NCBI GenBank assembly: GCA_963761335.1 | Contig: CAVXGR010000017.1 | Coordinates: 64,001-128,000, forward strand | DNA: 64,000 nt | Origin: an uncultured delta proteobacterium | GTDB taxonomy: Bacteria > Desulfobacterota > Binatia > HRBIN30 > BPIQ01 | Direction: 5' to 3' | Part shown: positions 1 through 9,684 of the stretch, piece after piece | Layout: the number at the start of each line of letters is the position of its first letter | Position numbering within the stretch: the first letter of the stretch is position 1 | The notes under the pieces: model-generated | Told to the model about the DNA's origin: nothing | What the model saw: only the letters and a program-made list of their open reading frames with translations | Database searches by the model: none | Position numbers and translations under genes: made by a program

Positions 1-864
1 CATGTCCACCGATACCTGGGGCACGTGGGCGCCGCCGCCGAAGATCACTCCCTTGAGCGGTGCGACGTCGCCGTAGTCGCGTCCCCAGGCGGTGGTGACG
101 TGGCGATCGGCGGGCCTGAGGTCGTTTGTCGGATCGAAGTCGACCCAGCCGAAGCCGGGGAAGAATACGGCGATCCAGGCGTGCGACATGTCGGCGCCGC
201 GCGGACGCGGCTGGCCCGGCGGTGGAACGGTCTCCAGATAGCCGCTGACGTAGCGCGCCGGGATTCCCTTCGATCGCAAGCAGGCGATCGCCAGGTGGGC
301 GAAGTCCTGGCACACACCGCCGCGCTGTGCCAGCACCTGCGCCGGCGGCGTGGTCACCGTGGTGATCTGCGGGTTGAAGGCGAACTCGCCATGGATGCGA
401 CTGCTGAGCGCGCTCACCACATCGAGGAGTGGGCGCTGCGGTGGGAAGAAGTCGTCGGCCCATGCCGCCACCTCGGCGGACTGAGCGGCGAAGGGTGACT
501 CGAGCGCAAAGTGACGCGCCTCGCGCGTCTGCGGATCGCTAGCGGCATGCAGGTGCGCCAGCGCCTCTTCCCAGGGCAGCAGCTGCAGCGGCTCGGGCAG
601 CGGTGGCGGCGGGCTCACCTCCACGACGTTGGTGGCCGTGACCACCAGCTCCACATGCGCTTCCTGCACCGCAAAGTAGAGGACGCGGTTGCCGAAGAAG
701 TCCTCGCGCCCGGCTTGCTGCGCCGGATACGGCTGCAGCACCACCTGGCTCTCGTCGCAGCGCTGGCGGTCCGTGAGCCGCGGCTGCAGGCGCGCCTCGT
801 TGTGACACAGGAGCACCGGCTGCTCATAAACGTAGCGCGTGACGTGAACGATACGGTACTTCAT
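1..864 (-). CDS. Transglutaminase-like family protein (3' end runs off the window)
   Basis: Not in ORF track because truncated. ATG at 864 overlaps the upstream TGA (ATGA). Translates MKYRIVHVTRYVYEQPVLLCHNEARLQPR, later GVCQDFAH and DASHAW-like motifs. Confidence 0.88.
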   Translation of the reverse strand, partial: MKYRIVHVTRYVYEQPVLLCHNEARLQPRLTDRQRCDESQVVLQPYPAQQAGREDFFGNRVLYFAVQEAHVELVVTATNVVEVSPPPPLPEPLQLLPWEEALAHLHAASDPQTREARHFALESPFAAQSAEVAAWADDFFPPQRPLLDVVSALSSRIHGEFAFNPQITTVTTPPAQVLAQRGGVCQDFAHLAIACLRSKGIPARYVSGYLETVPPPGQPRPRGADMSHAWIAVFFPGFGWVDFDPTNDLRPADRHVTTAWGRDYGDVAPLKGVIFGGGAHVPQVSVDM

Positions 865-3389
865 CGTCCCATCACCACGAGCTGCTGCGGCCGATCCGGC
901 CGACTGAAGTAGGTGCGCGCCATGAGATCGGAAAGCTCCGCCAGCGCGTTTGTGGTCTGCTCCAGTACCCGGTTGAGAGCGGCGCCGAGCTGGCGAGGCG
1001 CTGCGCCCGAAGACGTGCGACCGCCGGTGATGCGCAGCGCCTCGAGCGTCTCGGCAACGAGCTTCTGCTCGGGGCTGCGCTGTGGCGTGGTTCCGGGTGT
1101 GGAGAGGCCGGCCAGCAAGGCGTCGAGACGCAGCAGCTGGTGGATGACGGAGCGCGGATTGGTCTCGTCATCGAGCAGCAGATCGAGCACGGTTCCCGCT
1201 TCGCTGGCGCCGCGGTACCGCTGGCGGTGCGTCGTCGATGCATCGGCGATGGCCAGAAGGCCGTCCCACGGTACGGCGGTCGGATCGTCTCCCGGAAAGC
1301 AGAGCGCCTGGATCGTCGACAGGACTCCGAGGGCGCGCTCGAGGCGCCTGCCGATCTCGAGGAAATGCCAGCCGTGGCCGCGGCTCATGCTGTCGGAGCT
1401 GAGGCCGGCGAAGGCGGCGAGCAGAAGAAGCACGCGGTCCAGCTCCGCCAGGGCGCGACGCAGCTCGATTCCGGCCGGCGGCTCGTTGTCGAGGCTGTTG
1501 ATGACGCGCCAGGTATCGGTGGAGAGTCGATCGCGCACGGCGCGCGCGGCGCGTACCAAGCCGCAGACGTTGTGGCGCACTGTGCCGGTGCGCCGCGCAT
1601 CGAGGAGGACCGCGAGCAGCTCGCTCTCGGGGTCGGCGAGACGCGGCGCCGCGCCCGCCCCGACGAAGCCGGGGTAGGTGGCCGTGACCCGCGTCACCGC
1701 GGCGAGCAGCAAGGGCGGCGGACCGCCGTCCGGAGCCGCTTCGGGGTCGAGCAGCCGGCGCAGACTCTCGCGCAGAACGCGGCCCGCCGTCTCGGTGCGC
1801 TCGGCATAGCGGCCGGCCCAGAAAAGGTTGTCGGCGACGCGCCCGGGCACGGCCTGTCGGCCGCGCACCAGCAGCGGACGGCGGTCCCCGGCCAACAGCA
1901 CGCCGGCATCCTGCTCGGGCTCGGAGGCCAGCACCCAGACGTCCTTGCTGACGCCGCCGACCTGGTTGGAGACCAGTGGCGTGGCGCGCGTCGGTGCGAC
2001 GCGACACAGGCCCCCGGGCATGACGGCGTATCCGCCGTCCTCGGCTGCGAGGAAGCTGCGCAGCACTATGGCGCGGGGCTCCAGCACGGTGCCGCCGGTC
2101 ATCACCGGCGCCGTCGACAGCGCCAGGCGCTCCTGGCCGACGTAGAGGTGCGGTTTGGCGCGGATGCGGCCGACGAGATCAGCGCGCTGCGCGGCGCTGA
2201 TGCCGGCGCCGAAGACGGTGAGGCGAGTCGAGTGCGAGAAGATCGGCTTCACCACCAGCTCATCCAAGTGCTCGAGCACGAAGGCGAGACCGTCCGGAGC
2301 GCCGCACCACCAGGTGGGCACCGAGCGCAGCTTCAACTCCTCGCCGAGGAGATGTCGAGCCAGACGCGGCAGGAAGGCCATCAGTCCCGGGTTCTCGACG
2401 GCGCTGCTACCCAGCGGATTGACGATGGCCACGCTGCCGTGGCGCGCCGCCTGCAGCAGCCCGGGAGTGCCGAGGAGAGAGTCGGGGCGCAGCTCGAGCG
2501 GATCGCAGAAGGCGCCGTCGACCCGGCGCAGCAGCACCTGCACGGGCTTGAGCCCGTCCAGGGTGCGCAGCCACAGGCGCTGATCGACCACGGTCAGATC
2601 GTCGCCTTGCGCCAGCGTGCAGCCGAGCTGGCTGGCCAGGAAGGCATGCTCGAAGTAGGTCTCGTTGTTCGGGCCGGGCGTCAGCAGCACGACGTGCGGC
2701 TCTTCGTCCTGCTGCGGAGCGAGCCGCGCCAGCATCGCCCGCAGCCGCCGGAAGAAGAGCGGCAATCGGTGCACGTGCGAGTCGCGGAAGACGCTGGGCA
2801 GAACGCGCGACAGGACGACGCGGTTCTCCAGTGCATAGCCGACCCCCGACGGCGCTTGGGCGCGGTCGCCGAGAACCAGCATCTCGCCGCTCGGCGCCCG
2901 CGCCAGATCGGCGGCGTACACGGGCAGCTGCCGTCCCCCGGGCGCCCCGACCCCGGCGCACGCATGCAGGAAACCCGGGTGCCCGTAGACCAGCTCGGGC
3001 GGCAGGAATCCGCCGTGCACCAGGCGGCGATCGCCGTAGATGTCGGCCAGGATCAGCTCGAGGATCTCGGCTCGCTGGCTGAGCCCTTGCTCGATTGCCT
3101 GCCACTCCGAGCTGGTGACCAGCACCGGCATCAGATCCAGCTGCCACAGGCGCTCCGATGGTTGCGGGTCGTCGTAGACGTTGTAGGTGACGCCGTTCTC
3201 GCGCAGCAGCCGGCGCGCCTCCGCGGTGCGGCGGCTGAACTCGTCGGCGCCGAGAGCGGCGAGCGAACGCAGCACGTATTCACAGTGCGGCCGCAGCCCC
3301 CCATCGGGCGCGTAGAGCTCATCGTACGCCTCCCCGGAAGGCTGATAGCCCGCGGGGAAGACAGTCTCCGGTACACTGACGACGTTCAC
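861..3389 (-). CDS. Circularly permuted type 2 ATP-grasp protein fused to C-terminal alpha-E (DUF403) domain
   Basis: Motifs GVTYNVY, D-R-x-QAPSGxGYALENR, LTPGPxNETYFEH, RRVDxxxCDPLEL, GGxSKDxWV; alpha-E motifs ADNLFWxGRYAER and GRRLER. Confidence 0.9.
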   Translation of the reverse strand: MNVVSVPETVFPAGYQPSGEAYDELYAPDGGLRPHCEYVLRSLAALGADEFSRRTAEARRLLRENGVTYNVYDDPQPSERLWQLDLMPVLVTSSEWQAIEQGLSQRAEILELILADIYGDRRLVHGGFLPPELVYGHPGFLHACAGVGAPGGRQLPVYAADLARAPSGEMLVLGDRAQAPSGVGYALENRVVLSRVLPSVFRDSHVHRLPLFFRRLRAMLARLAPQQDEEPHVVLLTPGPNNETYFEHAFLASQLGCTLAQGDDLTVVDQRLWLRTLDGLKPVQVLLRRVDGAFCDPLELRPDSLLGTPGLLQAARHGSVAIVNPLGSSAVENPGLMAFLPRLARHLLGEELKLRSVPTWWCGAPDGLAFVLEHLDELVVKPIFSHSTRLTVFGAGISAAQRADLVGRIRAKPHLYVGQERLALSTAPVMTGGTVLEPRAIVLRSFLAAEDGGYAVMPGGLCRVAPTRATPLVSNQVGGVSKDVWVLASEPEQDAGVLLAGDRRPLLVRGRQAVPGRVADNLFWAGRYAERTETAGRVLRESLRRLLDPEAAPDGGPPPLLLAAVTRVTATYPGFVGAGAAPRLADPESELLAVLLDARRTGTVRHNVCGLVRAARAVRDRLSTDTWRVINSLDNEPPAGIELRRALAELDRVLLLLAAFAGLSSDSMSRGHGWHFLEIGRRLERALGVLSTIQALCFPGDDPTAVPWDGLLAIADASTTHRQRYRGASEAGTVLDLLLDDETNPRSVIHQLLRLDALLAGLSTPGTTPQRSPEQKLVAETLEALRITGGRTSSGAAPRQLGAALNRVLEQTTNALAELSDLMARTYFSRPDRPQQLVVMGR

Positions 3390-3446
3390 TCGAGGTCTCC
3401 TAGTACCTCAAGCTCTCATAAACTCAAGCGGCGTGGTAACCGGGAA

Positions 3447-6400
3447 TCAACACGCCGGTTCTCGCCGCAGATCGAGAGTGTAGGGAAGCTCGAGGCTGAG
3501 CTCCTCCGCTGGCGCCGCGATCGGGCCGGGCGTGTGCCCATATGGCCAGAAGCGCGTCGCTCGGCGCGCCTCGGCCGCATTGGCGTTGACGGGAAAGTCG
3601 TCGTAGCTGCGTCCCCCCGGGTGGACGACGTGGTAGGTGCATCCGCCGAGCGAGTAGCCGCTCCAGGTGTCGACCAAGTCGATGACCAAGGGCGCGTGCA
3701 CCGGGATCGTGGGGTGCAGGGCCGAGGGCGGCTGCCAGGCCCGATAGCGCACGCCGGCGACGGCCTCGCTGCGCCGGCCCGTGCGCCGCAGCGGCAGTCG
3801 CCGGCCATTGCACGCGACCACGTGTCTGCCCTCCGTGAGACCGGTGGCCCTCACCTGCAGGCGTTCGACCGATGAGTCCACGTAGCGCGCCGTTGCGCCC
3901 GAGGCGACCTCCTCGCCCAGCACGTGCCACGGTTCCACGGCGACTCGCAGCTCCAGCTCGACACCGCCGGCGACGGTGCGGCCGAGCACCGGGAAGCGAA
4001 ATTCGAGGAAAGGCGCGAACCACTGGATGTCGAACGGATAGCCGGCGCGTCTCAGGTCGATGACTACGTCGCGCAGATCCTCCCAGAGAAAGTGCGGCAG
4101 CATGAAGCGGTCGTGCAACGCCGTGTCCCAGCGCACCAGATCGCGGCGGTAGGGCTCGTTCCAGAAGCGCGCCACCATAGCGCGCACGAGCAGAGTCTGC
4201 ACTAGGCTCATCTGCGGATGCGGCGGCATCTCGAAGGCGCGCATCTCGACCAGGCCGAGGCGCCCGATCGGGCCGTCGGGGGCGTAGAGCTTGTCGATGC
4301 AGAACTCGGTGCGGTGCGTGTTGCCGGTCACGTCGATCAGCAGGTTGCGAAGCAGGCGGTCGACCAGCCAGGGTTGTGGGACCTCGCCGGTTGGAACCTT
4401 CTGAAAGGCGATCTCCAGCTCGTAGAGGCTGTCGTTGCGCGCCTCGTCGACGCGCGGCGCCTGGCTCGTCGGTCCGACGAAGAGCCCCGAGAACAGGAAG
4501 GACAGGCTCGGATGATGCTGCCAGTACGTCAGCAGGCTCTGCAGGAGATCGGGCCGGCGCAGCACCGGGCTGTCCGCCGGCGTCGGGCCGCCGATGGTGA
4601 TGTGATTGCCGCCGCCGGTGCCGCTGTGGCGGCCGTCGACCATGAACTTCTCGGTGCTGAGACGGCAGAGCCGCGCCTCCTCGTAGAGAGCCGTGGTGAT
4701 CGAAGAGAGATCGTTCCAATCGCGCGCCGGATGAATGTTGACTTCGATGACTCCGGGGTCCGGCGTGATCTGCAGGCGCACCAGGCGCGCGTCGCGCGGC
4801 GGCTCGTAGCCTTCGAGGACGATGGGCAGCTGCAGTGCCGCCGCCGCAGATTCGACCGCGGCGAGCAGCTCGACCCAGCCTTCCAGGTAGGTGAGCGGCG
4901 GCAGGAAGACGTGCAGCCGTCCCTGGCGCGGCTCGACGCACAGGGCGGTCCGTACGATGTCCTCGAAGAGCTCGCGCTCTTCGGTGACGTCCGCATCCAG
5001 CTCGCGCGTTTCGCGCGGCATGTGTCCCGGCATCTGGCGGCGCCACTCGGCGCCACCTTGGCTGGTGGGTGCCCCGGCGTCACCGAGCTCCGGCCGCGGT
5101 GCGAAGGGGCTGCGCTCGAACTTCGGCTCGCGCTTGTCGGGAGCGACCCAGGGAAGGGAGTCGAGCGGCAGGCGGTAGCCCATGGGCGAGCTGCCGGGAA
5201 TCAGGTACATGCGGCCGCGGCGGAACTGCCAGAGGCCGCTGCTCCAGCAGCCGCCGTCGGTGCGGGGCTGCCAGCGCAGAGGGAGTGCAAAGCCGGTGAC
5301 CTTGCCGAGACCGCGGCGCATCAGCGCCGCCAGCCGGTGGCGTTCCTCCGGATCGTCCAGCCGCACGCGCAGCGGGTCGATGTTGATCGGCAGCGTGCCC
5401 TCCTTCCAGAGCCAGTAGAAGACGTCTTCATAGGCGGGCACCGCCAGGTCGGGCGCGACGTGGAGCGCCGCGGCGATCGCTTCCGTCAGACGCGCCGCCT
5501 GCTCGACGTTGGCGCCCTGGCCGGCACTCTCGTCGGCGAGCAAGGCATTGTCGCGCCACAGCTCTTTTCCGTCGCGTCGCCAGAAGCAGGACAGCGCCCA
5601 CCGCGGCAGGATCTCGCCCGGATAGGCTTTCCCCTGGCCGTAGTGCAGCACCCCGTGCGGTGCAAAGCGCCGGTGCAGGGCGCGCAAGAGATTGCCCGCC
5701 AGGAGCCTCTTGGTCGGGCCGTCGGCGGCGATGTTCCATTCGTCGCCGTCCATGTCGTCGATGGATACGAACGTCGGCTCGCCGCCCATCGTCAGGCGCA
5801 CGTCTCCCTTTTGCAGGTGGGCATCCACACGCTGCCCCAGCGCGTCGATCGCCCGCCATTGCTCGGCGGTGTACGGGCGGGTGACGCGCGGATCCTCGTG
5901 CACGCGCCGCACCGAGTTGTGGTAATGAAATTCGACTTGGGCTTCGTCGGCGCAGCCACTGATAGGTGCCGCGGCGCTGGGCTCCGGGGTGCAGGCGAGA
6001 GGGATGTGGCCCTCGCCGGCGAACAGGCCCGAGGTCGGGTCGAGGCCGATCCAGCCGGCACCGGGGATGTAGACCTCGGCCCAGGCGTGGAGGTCGGTGA
6101 AGTCCGCAGTTGGCCCACTGGGTCCGTCGAGCGCCGCGACGTCTGCCGTGAGCTGCACCAGATAACCGGAGACGAAGCGCGCCGCGAGACCGAGATGACG
6201 GAGGATCTGCACCAACAGCCAGCCGCTGTCGCGACATGAGCCGCGCGCCGTTGTCAGCGTCTCCTCGCAGGTTTGCACCCCCGGCTCCAGGCGCACCACA
6301 TAGCTGATGTCCCCTTGCAGTCGTTGGTTGAGGGCGACCAGGAAGTCGACCGTCCGCTTCGGGGTGCGGTCGACTCTGGAGAGCCATTGACTCAACGACG

Positions 6401-6773
6401 GCCCGCGCTCGCGAATTTCCAGATAGGGAAGGAGCTGCTGCACGAGTGACTCGTCGTAGGCGAAGGGAAAGCTCTCCGCGGAAGGCTCGAGGAAGAAATC
6501 GAAGGGATTGATCACCGTCAGATCGGCCGTCAGGTCGACCTGGAAGGAGAGCTCGGTGGTCATTTCGGGAAAGACGAGGCGGGCCACGTAATTCCCGAAG
6601 GGGTCCTGCTGCCAGTTGATGAAGTGATTCGCGGGAGAGATCTTCAACGAATAGGAGAGAATGGGGGTGCGGCAGTGCTGCGCCGGCCGCAGCCGCAGGG
6701 TGTGCGGCCCGAGGGCCACGGGACGGTCGTAGCGGTAGCTGGTGAAGTGATCGATGTTGACGTGGATGCTCAT
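3447..6773 (-). CDS. Transglutaminase + DUF2126 (putative amidoligase) fusion protein
   Basis: GSCRDS catalytic Cys, [18 protein letters not shown]; then [40 protein letters not shown]. Confidence 0.92.
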   Translation of the reverse strand: MSIHVNIDHFTSYRYDRPVALGPHTLRLRPAQHCRTPILSYSLKISPANHFINWQQDPFGNYVARLVFPEMTTELSFQVDLTADLTVINPFDFFLEPSAESFPFAYDESLVQQLLPYLEIRERGPSLSQWLSRVDRTPKRTVDFLVALNQRLQGDISYVVRLEPGVQTCEETLTTARGSCRDSGWLLVQILRHLGLAARFVSGYLVQLTADVAALDGPSGPTADFTDLHAWAEVYIPGAGWIGLDPTSGLFAGEGHIPLACTPEPSAAAPISGCADEAQVEFHYHNSVRRVHEDPRVTRPYTAEQWRAIDALGQRVDAHLQKGDVRLTMGGEPTFVSIDDMDGDEWNIAADGPTKRLLAGNLLRALHRRFAPHGVLHYGQGKAYPGEILPRWALSCFWRRDGKELWRDNALLADESAGQGANVEQAARLTEAIAAALHVAPDLAVPAYEDVFYWLWKEGTLPINIDPLRVRLDDPEERHRLAALMRRGLGKVTGFALPLRWQPRTDGGCWSSGLWQFRRGRMYLIPGSSPMGYRLPLDSLPWVAPDKREPKFERSPFAPRPELGDAGAPTSQGGAEWRRQMPGHMPRETRELDADVTEERELFEDIVRTALCVEPRQGRLHVFLPPLTYLEGWVELLAAVESAAAALQLPIVLEGYEPPRDARLVRLQITPDPGVIEVNIHPARDWNDLSSITTALYEEARLCRLSTEKFMVDGRHSGTGGGNHITIGGPTPADSPVLRRPDLLQSLLTYWQHHPSLSFLFSGLFVGPTSQAPRVDEARNDSLYELEIAFQKVPTGEVPQPWLVDRLLRNLLIDVTGNTHRTEFCIDKLYAPDGPIGRLGLVEMRAFEMPPHPQMSLVQTLLVRAMVARFWNEPYRRDLVRWDTALHDRFMLPHFLWEDLRDVVIDLRRAGYPFDIQWFAPFLEFRFPVLGRTVAGGVELELRVAVEPWHVLGEEVASGATARYVDSSVERLQVRATGLTEGRHVVACNGRRLPLRRTGRRSEAVAGVRYRAWQPPSALHPTIPVHAPLVIDLVDTWSGYSLGGCTYHVVHPGGRSYDDFPVNANAAEARRATRFWPYGHTPGPIAAPAEELSLELPYTLDLRREPAC

Positions 6774-6854
6774 CGGCTACTCGCCGCTATCGGTTTCGCC
6801 CCTGCTGCCGTCGTCTGACCTGCGCCTCACGCACACTCCTCCGCCGGCCAGACA

Positions 6855-6870
6855 CCCAAGTTCCATGCCG
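6855..6870 (-). promoter_or_regulatory. Possible sigma54 (-24/-12) promoter of the transglutaminase operon
   Basis: Minus strand CGGCAT-GGAAC-TTGG vs consensus TGGCAC-N5-TTGC; spacing correct but -12 is GG, not GC. Confidence 0.4.
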
Positions 6871-6905
6871 CGGGCTGCGGCAATCGGTGCGGTACCGGGA
6901 TTCGC

Positions 6906-6969
6906 AGCACCGCGGTCGGGCAGGGCGCGCCGCTGCCCACTTGTTGATCAGCTGCCCGGTTGGGGGGCG
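6906..6969. promoter_or_regulatory. Cluster of possible NtrC-type enhancer boxes
   Basis: 17-bp TGC-N11-GCA-like boxes at 6906-6922, 6934-6950 and 6953-6969, upstream of the putative sigma54 site. Confidence 0.3.
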
Positions 6970-7077
6970 CTGGGAGCGCGGTCAGCTTGGCCGCCTCGGT
7001 TCTCTGACAACAACATGCGGCCGGGCCCGCCGGGCTCGCAGATGTCGGGTCATTCTTTCCGCCATCCGAAGGCGGCC

Positions 7078-7110
7078 AGGGGCAGGGGCAGGGGCAGGGG
7101 CGTGGGCACG
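7078..7110. repeat. Hexamer tandem repeat (GGGGCA / GGGCAC)
   Basis: aggggcaggggcaggggcaggggcgtgggcacg seen directly. Confidence 0.7.
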
Positions 7111-7165
7111 CGATCAGGCTACCAAATCCGCCTCGCGCCGTACCCTGCAAAGACTTGACCGGAGG

Positions 7166-7357
7166 TTACGACCTCTCAATGGGCGAGTCCAATCTGGGCT
7201 TGCCCAAGCTGAGCTTGATGGCCATCTCCCAGCAACTGGCCAGGCTGAAAAAGCATTCGTTGTTCGGGGCCGCAATCGTCCTTCGCGCCTTGCGCGAGAG
7301 CTTTGCTGAATCCTCCACCCACCAGAGAAAGGCTTGCGTATCGATCAGGACGCGCAT
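7166..7357 (-). pseudogene. vapC: Truncated VapC/PIN toxin (63 aa, N-terminal half only)
   Basis: MRVLIDTQAFLWW...SLASCWEMAIK matches a PIN N-terminus, but it stops at about half normal length; no C-terminal DPFD motif seen downstream. Confidence 0.75.
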
Positions 7358-7582
7358 CTATTCGTAATCGTCGAAGTCTTCGGGCGTCTCGTCAAAATCC
7401 GGTGAAGTCCACACGCGGCCCTTCGCCGTCCCAGGCTGGCGCGGCCGCGGCGCAGCCTCGATCGGCACCAGCTTCAGCAGCGGCTTGTTGTCCCGGGCGA
7501 TGATCACCTCCTCGCCCATCATCGCCTTCTGCACCAGTCGCGAGAAGTGCACCTTGGCCTCCGCGATGTTCACCTTCGTCAT
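7358..7582 (-). CDS. Phd/YefM family antitoxin
   Basis: VNIAEAKVHFSRLV...GEEVIIAR..KP...PDFDETPEDF; directly upstream of the PIN gene. Confidence 0.9.
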   Translation of the reverse strand: MTKVNIAEAKVHFSRLVQKAMMGEEVIIARDNKPLLKLVPIEAAPRPRQPGTAKGRVWTSPDFDETPEDFDDYE

Positions 7583-7587
7583 TATTG

Positions 7588-7602
7588 GTCATCCTAAATG
7601 AC
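7588..7602. promoter_or_regulatory. Possible autoregulatory operator of the TA pair
   Basis: GTCAT-N5-ATGAC palindrome just upstream of the antitoxin start. Confidence 0.35.
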
Positions 7603-7672
7603 AACCAGAAAGGATCAACGAGCGATTTGCGCGGCTGCGAGGTTTCGTCAGGGGTCGAAGGGACGGGGACAG

Positions 7673-8100
7673 TGCGTCATGAGCCTTGCGGCTCACCAAT
7701 AGCCGATGAAAATGAGGCTGGGGATCTGCGCCGGCAAGAGACTTGGAGGTCCTCGCCCGGCTGAAGTTCGCCCCGGAGGGGCGGTGGCGTGTAGCCCCGG
7801 GTGAAACCCGGGGAAAAATGCGCGGTCCGTCAGGCGCGCCCCGCCAGGGGCGCGGGCAAGTTTTCGTCGATGTCACGCCTGTACGCCGATGATCACCGCT
7901 GGGTGCGTGGGAAGCTCATCGAGGTGATTCACGCGGCCTCTACGCCTGCGCCCCTGCGGGGCGCTGATCTGGGCCAATCGCAACGCAGTCCCCGGGTTGA
8001 CACCCGGGGCTACATGCCTGCGCCCCTCCGGGGCGATAAGGCTCCACGCCAAGCGCCGGTGCGCTTCGCCAGACCTTCACCCAACAGATTTTCGAAGCAG
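7673..8100. mobile_element. Non-coding cassette 1 (428 bp, CAG-bounded) inserted in a REP arm
   Basis: Begins TGCGTCATGAGCCTTGCGGCTCACCAA...GATGAAAATG and ends CACCCAACAGATTTTCGAAGCAG; same ends as cassette 2; carries an inverted REP cluster at about 7769-8036. Confidence 0.65.
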
Positions 8101-8386
8101 TGCGTCATGAGCCTGCGGCTCACCAACAGACGATGAAAATGGACGGCGTCCTGATTCACTGATCAGACGCTTGCGATGATACTTCCGCGCCACGGGGGCG
8201 GGTCTCCTCTCCCCGCATCTTTCCGCGGGGAGAGGATCAAGGTGAGGGGTTCCTGTCTCACTGAAAGCTCGTGAATCTCCACGGCCTTCACAGAGATCGG
8301 CACCCTCACCCTGACCCTCTCCCGCCAAGTAGTGCGGGAGAGGGAACGCGCCCCCGAAGCGCACACCCAACAGATTTTCGAAGCAG
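8101..8386. mobile_element. Non-coding cassette 2 (286 bp, CAG-bounded), tandem to cassette 1
   Basis: Same left (~42 bp) and right (23 bp) ends as cassette 1; cargo is a different inverted palindrome pair (CCTCTCCC...GGGAGAGG, about 8207-8344). Confidence 0.65.
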
Positions 8387-8457
8387 GCGCCTTTTCGGCG
8401 GCGAGGGGGCGCATCTTCCTTGCAGAGACTCCCGCGCCGAAAAGGAGCCTGTCCCCT
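8384..8457. repeat. REP-like family D (GGGGACAGGCACCTTTTCGG ... CCGAAAAGGAGCCTGTCCCC), left arm split by the cassettes
   Basis: Left-arm start GGGGACAG is at 7665-7672 and its remainder at 8387-8400; right arm at 8435-8457. Confidence 0.8.
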
Positions 8458-8459
8458 TC

Positions 8460-9656
8460 TCACTCCGCCACTTCCACCGGCGCGCCTTCCGAGAGGCCGG
8501 CGGCGTCGGAGACGACCACCGCCTCCCCGCCTTGGAGGCCGCTGGCGATGCGGGTGCGGTCGGCGAGGTCGGCGCCCTTGTCGACGGCGGCGCGATGCAC
8601 CTGGCCGTCGCGGACGACCCATACATAGGAGCCCTGGGCATCATGGCGCAGCGCCGCGCCGGGGACGAGGACGGCGGGGCGATTGGCTTCCTCGGGCGGC
8701 AGCGGCCGCAGGAAGGTGACGCGGGCGCTCATGTCGGGAAGGAGCTTGTCGTCCGGCTCGAGGATGTGGACCTCGACCTTGAGCGTTCCCTTCTGGCGAT
8801 CGACCTGTGGGTAGAGCTTGATGACCTCGGCGCGGTACGCCGCATCGGGATAGGCGTCCGGCGTCACCTCGGCCGGTTGCCCCATGGAGACACGGTTGAG
8901 ATCGGCCTCGTTGACGTCGACCTCGGCGCGCATGTCGGAGAGGTTCGCCAGGCGGATCAGGTCGCCGGAGCCCGAGAAGCCGCCGGGCACGGCGATCTCG
9001 CCCACCTCCTTGAGCTTGGCGAGGATCACCCCGTCGCTGGGGGCGCGCAGCATGGTGTAGTCGAGGCTGACCTTGGCCTGCTTGAGCTCGGCCTCGATCT
9101 GCGACACGGTGGCGCGCGACACCTCCGCCTTGTTCACCAGCACGTCGATCTCCTGCGGGGAGATCACGTTCTGCCGCCGCAGCTGCCGGCCCCGCTCCAG
9201 CTCCGCCTCGGCGAGATCGCGATTCGCCCGCGCCACCTCGAGTGAGGCGCTGGTACGGTCGACGGCGGCGCGGTAGTCGCGGTCGTCGAGCTGCACCAGA
9301 GGATCGCCCTCCTTGACCGTCTGCCCTTCCTCGACGAAGTAGCGGTCGATGCGGCCGGCGACGCGCACGCCGACGGAGATGTAGCGATCGCCGGTCACCA
9401 CGTAGCCGGAGCCGGAGAGCACGGGGATCACGGTATTCTCGCCCGGCGCCGAGGGCTCGGCCTTGGCGACGGTGACGCGGACAGGGCGATGGTTCACGGC
9501 GCGCATCAGCGCGGCGGCGCCGGCGAAGCCGACGAGGGCCACGGCGATCCAGCGCCAGCGGTGCGGTCGCGGCGAGCGCTTGAAGCCCTCGCCGCGATCG
9601 ATGCGCAGGCTTTCCAGATCCTTGCGAAGGTTCTCCCTCTTCTCCGTCTCGGTCAT
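8460..9656 (-). CDS. Efflux periplasmic adaptor (membrane fusion protein, MacA-like)
   Basis: N-terminal TM; GRIDRYFVEEGQTVKEGDPLVQLD; LRAPSDGVI; LLPDMSARV. Confidence 0.9.
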   Translation of the reverse strand: MTETEKRENLRKDLESLRIDRGEGFKRSPRPHRWRWIAVALVGFAGAAALMRAVNHRPVRVTVAKAEPSAPGENTVIPVLSGSGYVVTGDRYISVGVRVAGRIDRYFVEEGQTVKEGDPLVQLDDRDYRAAVDRTSASLEVARANRDLAEAELERGRQLRRQNVISPQEIDVLVNKAEVSRATVSQIEAELKQAKVSLDYTMLRAPSDGVILAKLKEVGEIAVPGGFSGSGDLIRLANLSDMRAEVDVNEADLNRVSMGQPAEVTPDAYPDAAYRAEVIKLYPQVDRQKGTLKVEVHILEPDDKLLPDMSARVTFLRPLPPEEANRPAVLVPGAALRHDAQGSYVWVVRDGQVHRAAVDKGADLADRTRIASGLQGGEAVVVSDAAGLSEGAPVEVAE

Positions 9657-9684
9657 CCGCAGGTCCAGATCTGGTGCCCCTGTA

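Noticed and set aside
1140..3875. 911-aa plus-strand ORF (likewise 9463-12051, 49312-52257 and similar)
   Set aside because: Antisense to recognisable genes; no domain content.
8078..8141. Integron attC site (ACCCAAC fits RYYYAAC)
   Set aside because: No matching GTTRRRY end, no integrase, and the cassettes lack ORFs.
7589..8414. Short ORFs over the cassette region
   Set aside because: Translations of palindromic repeats with no transposase or other motif.
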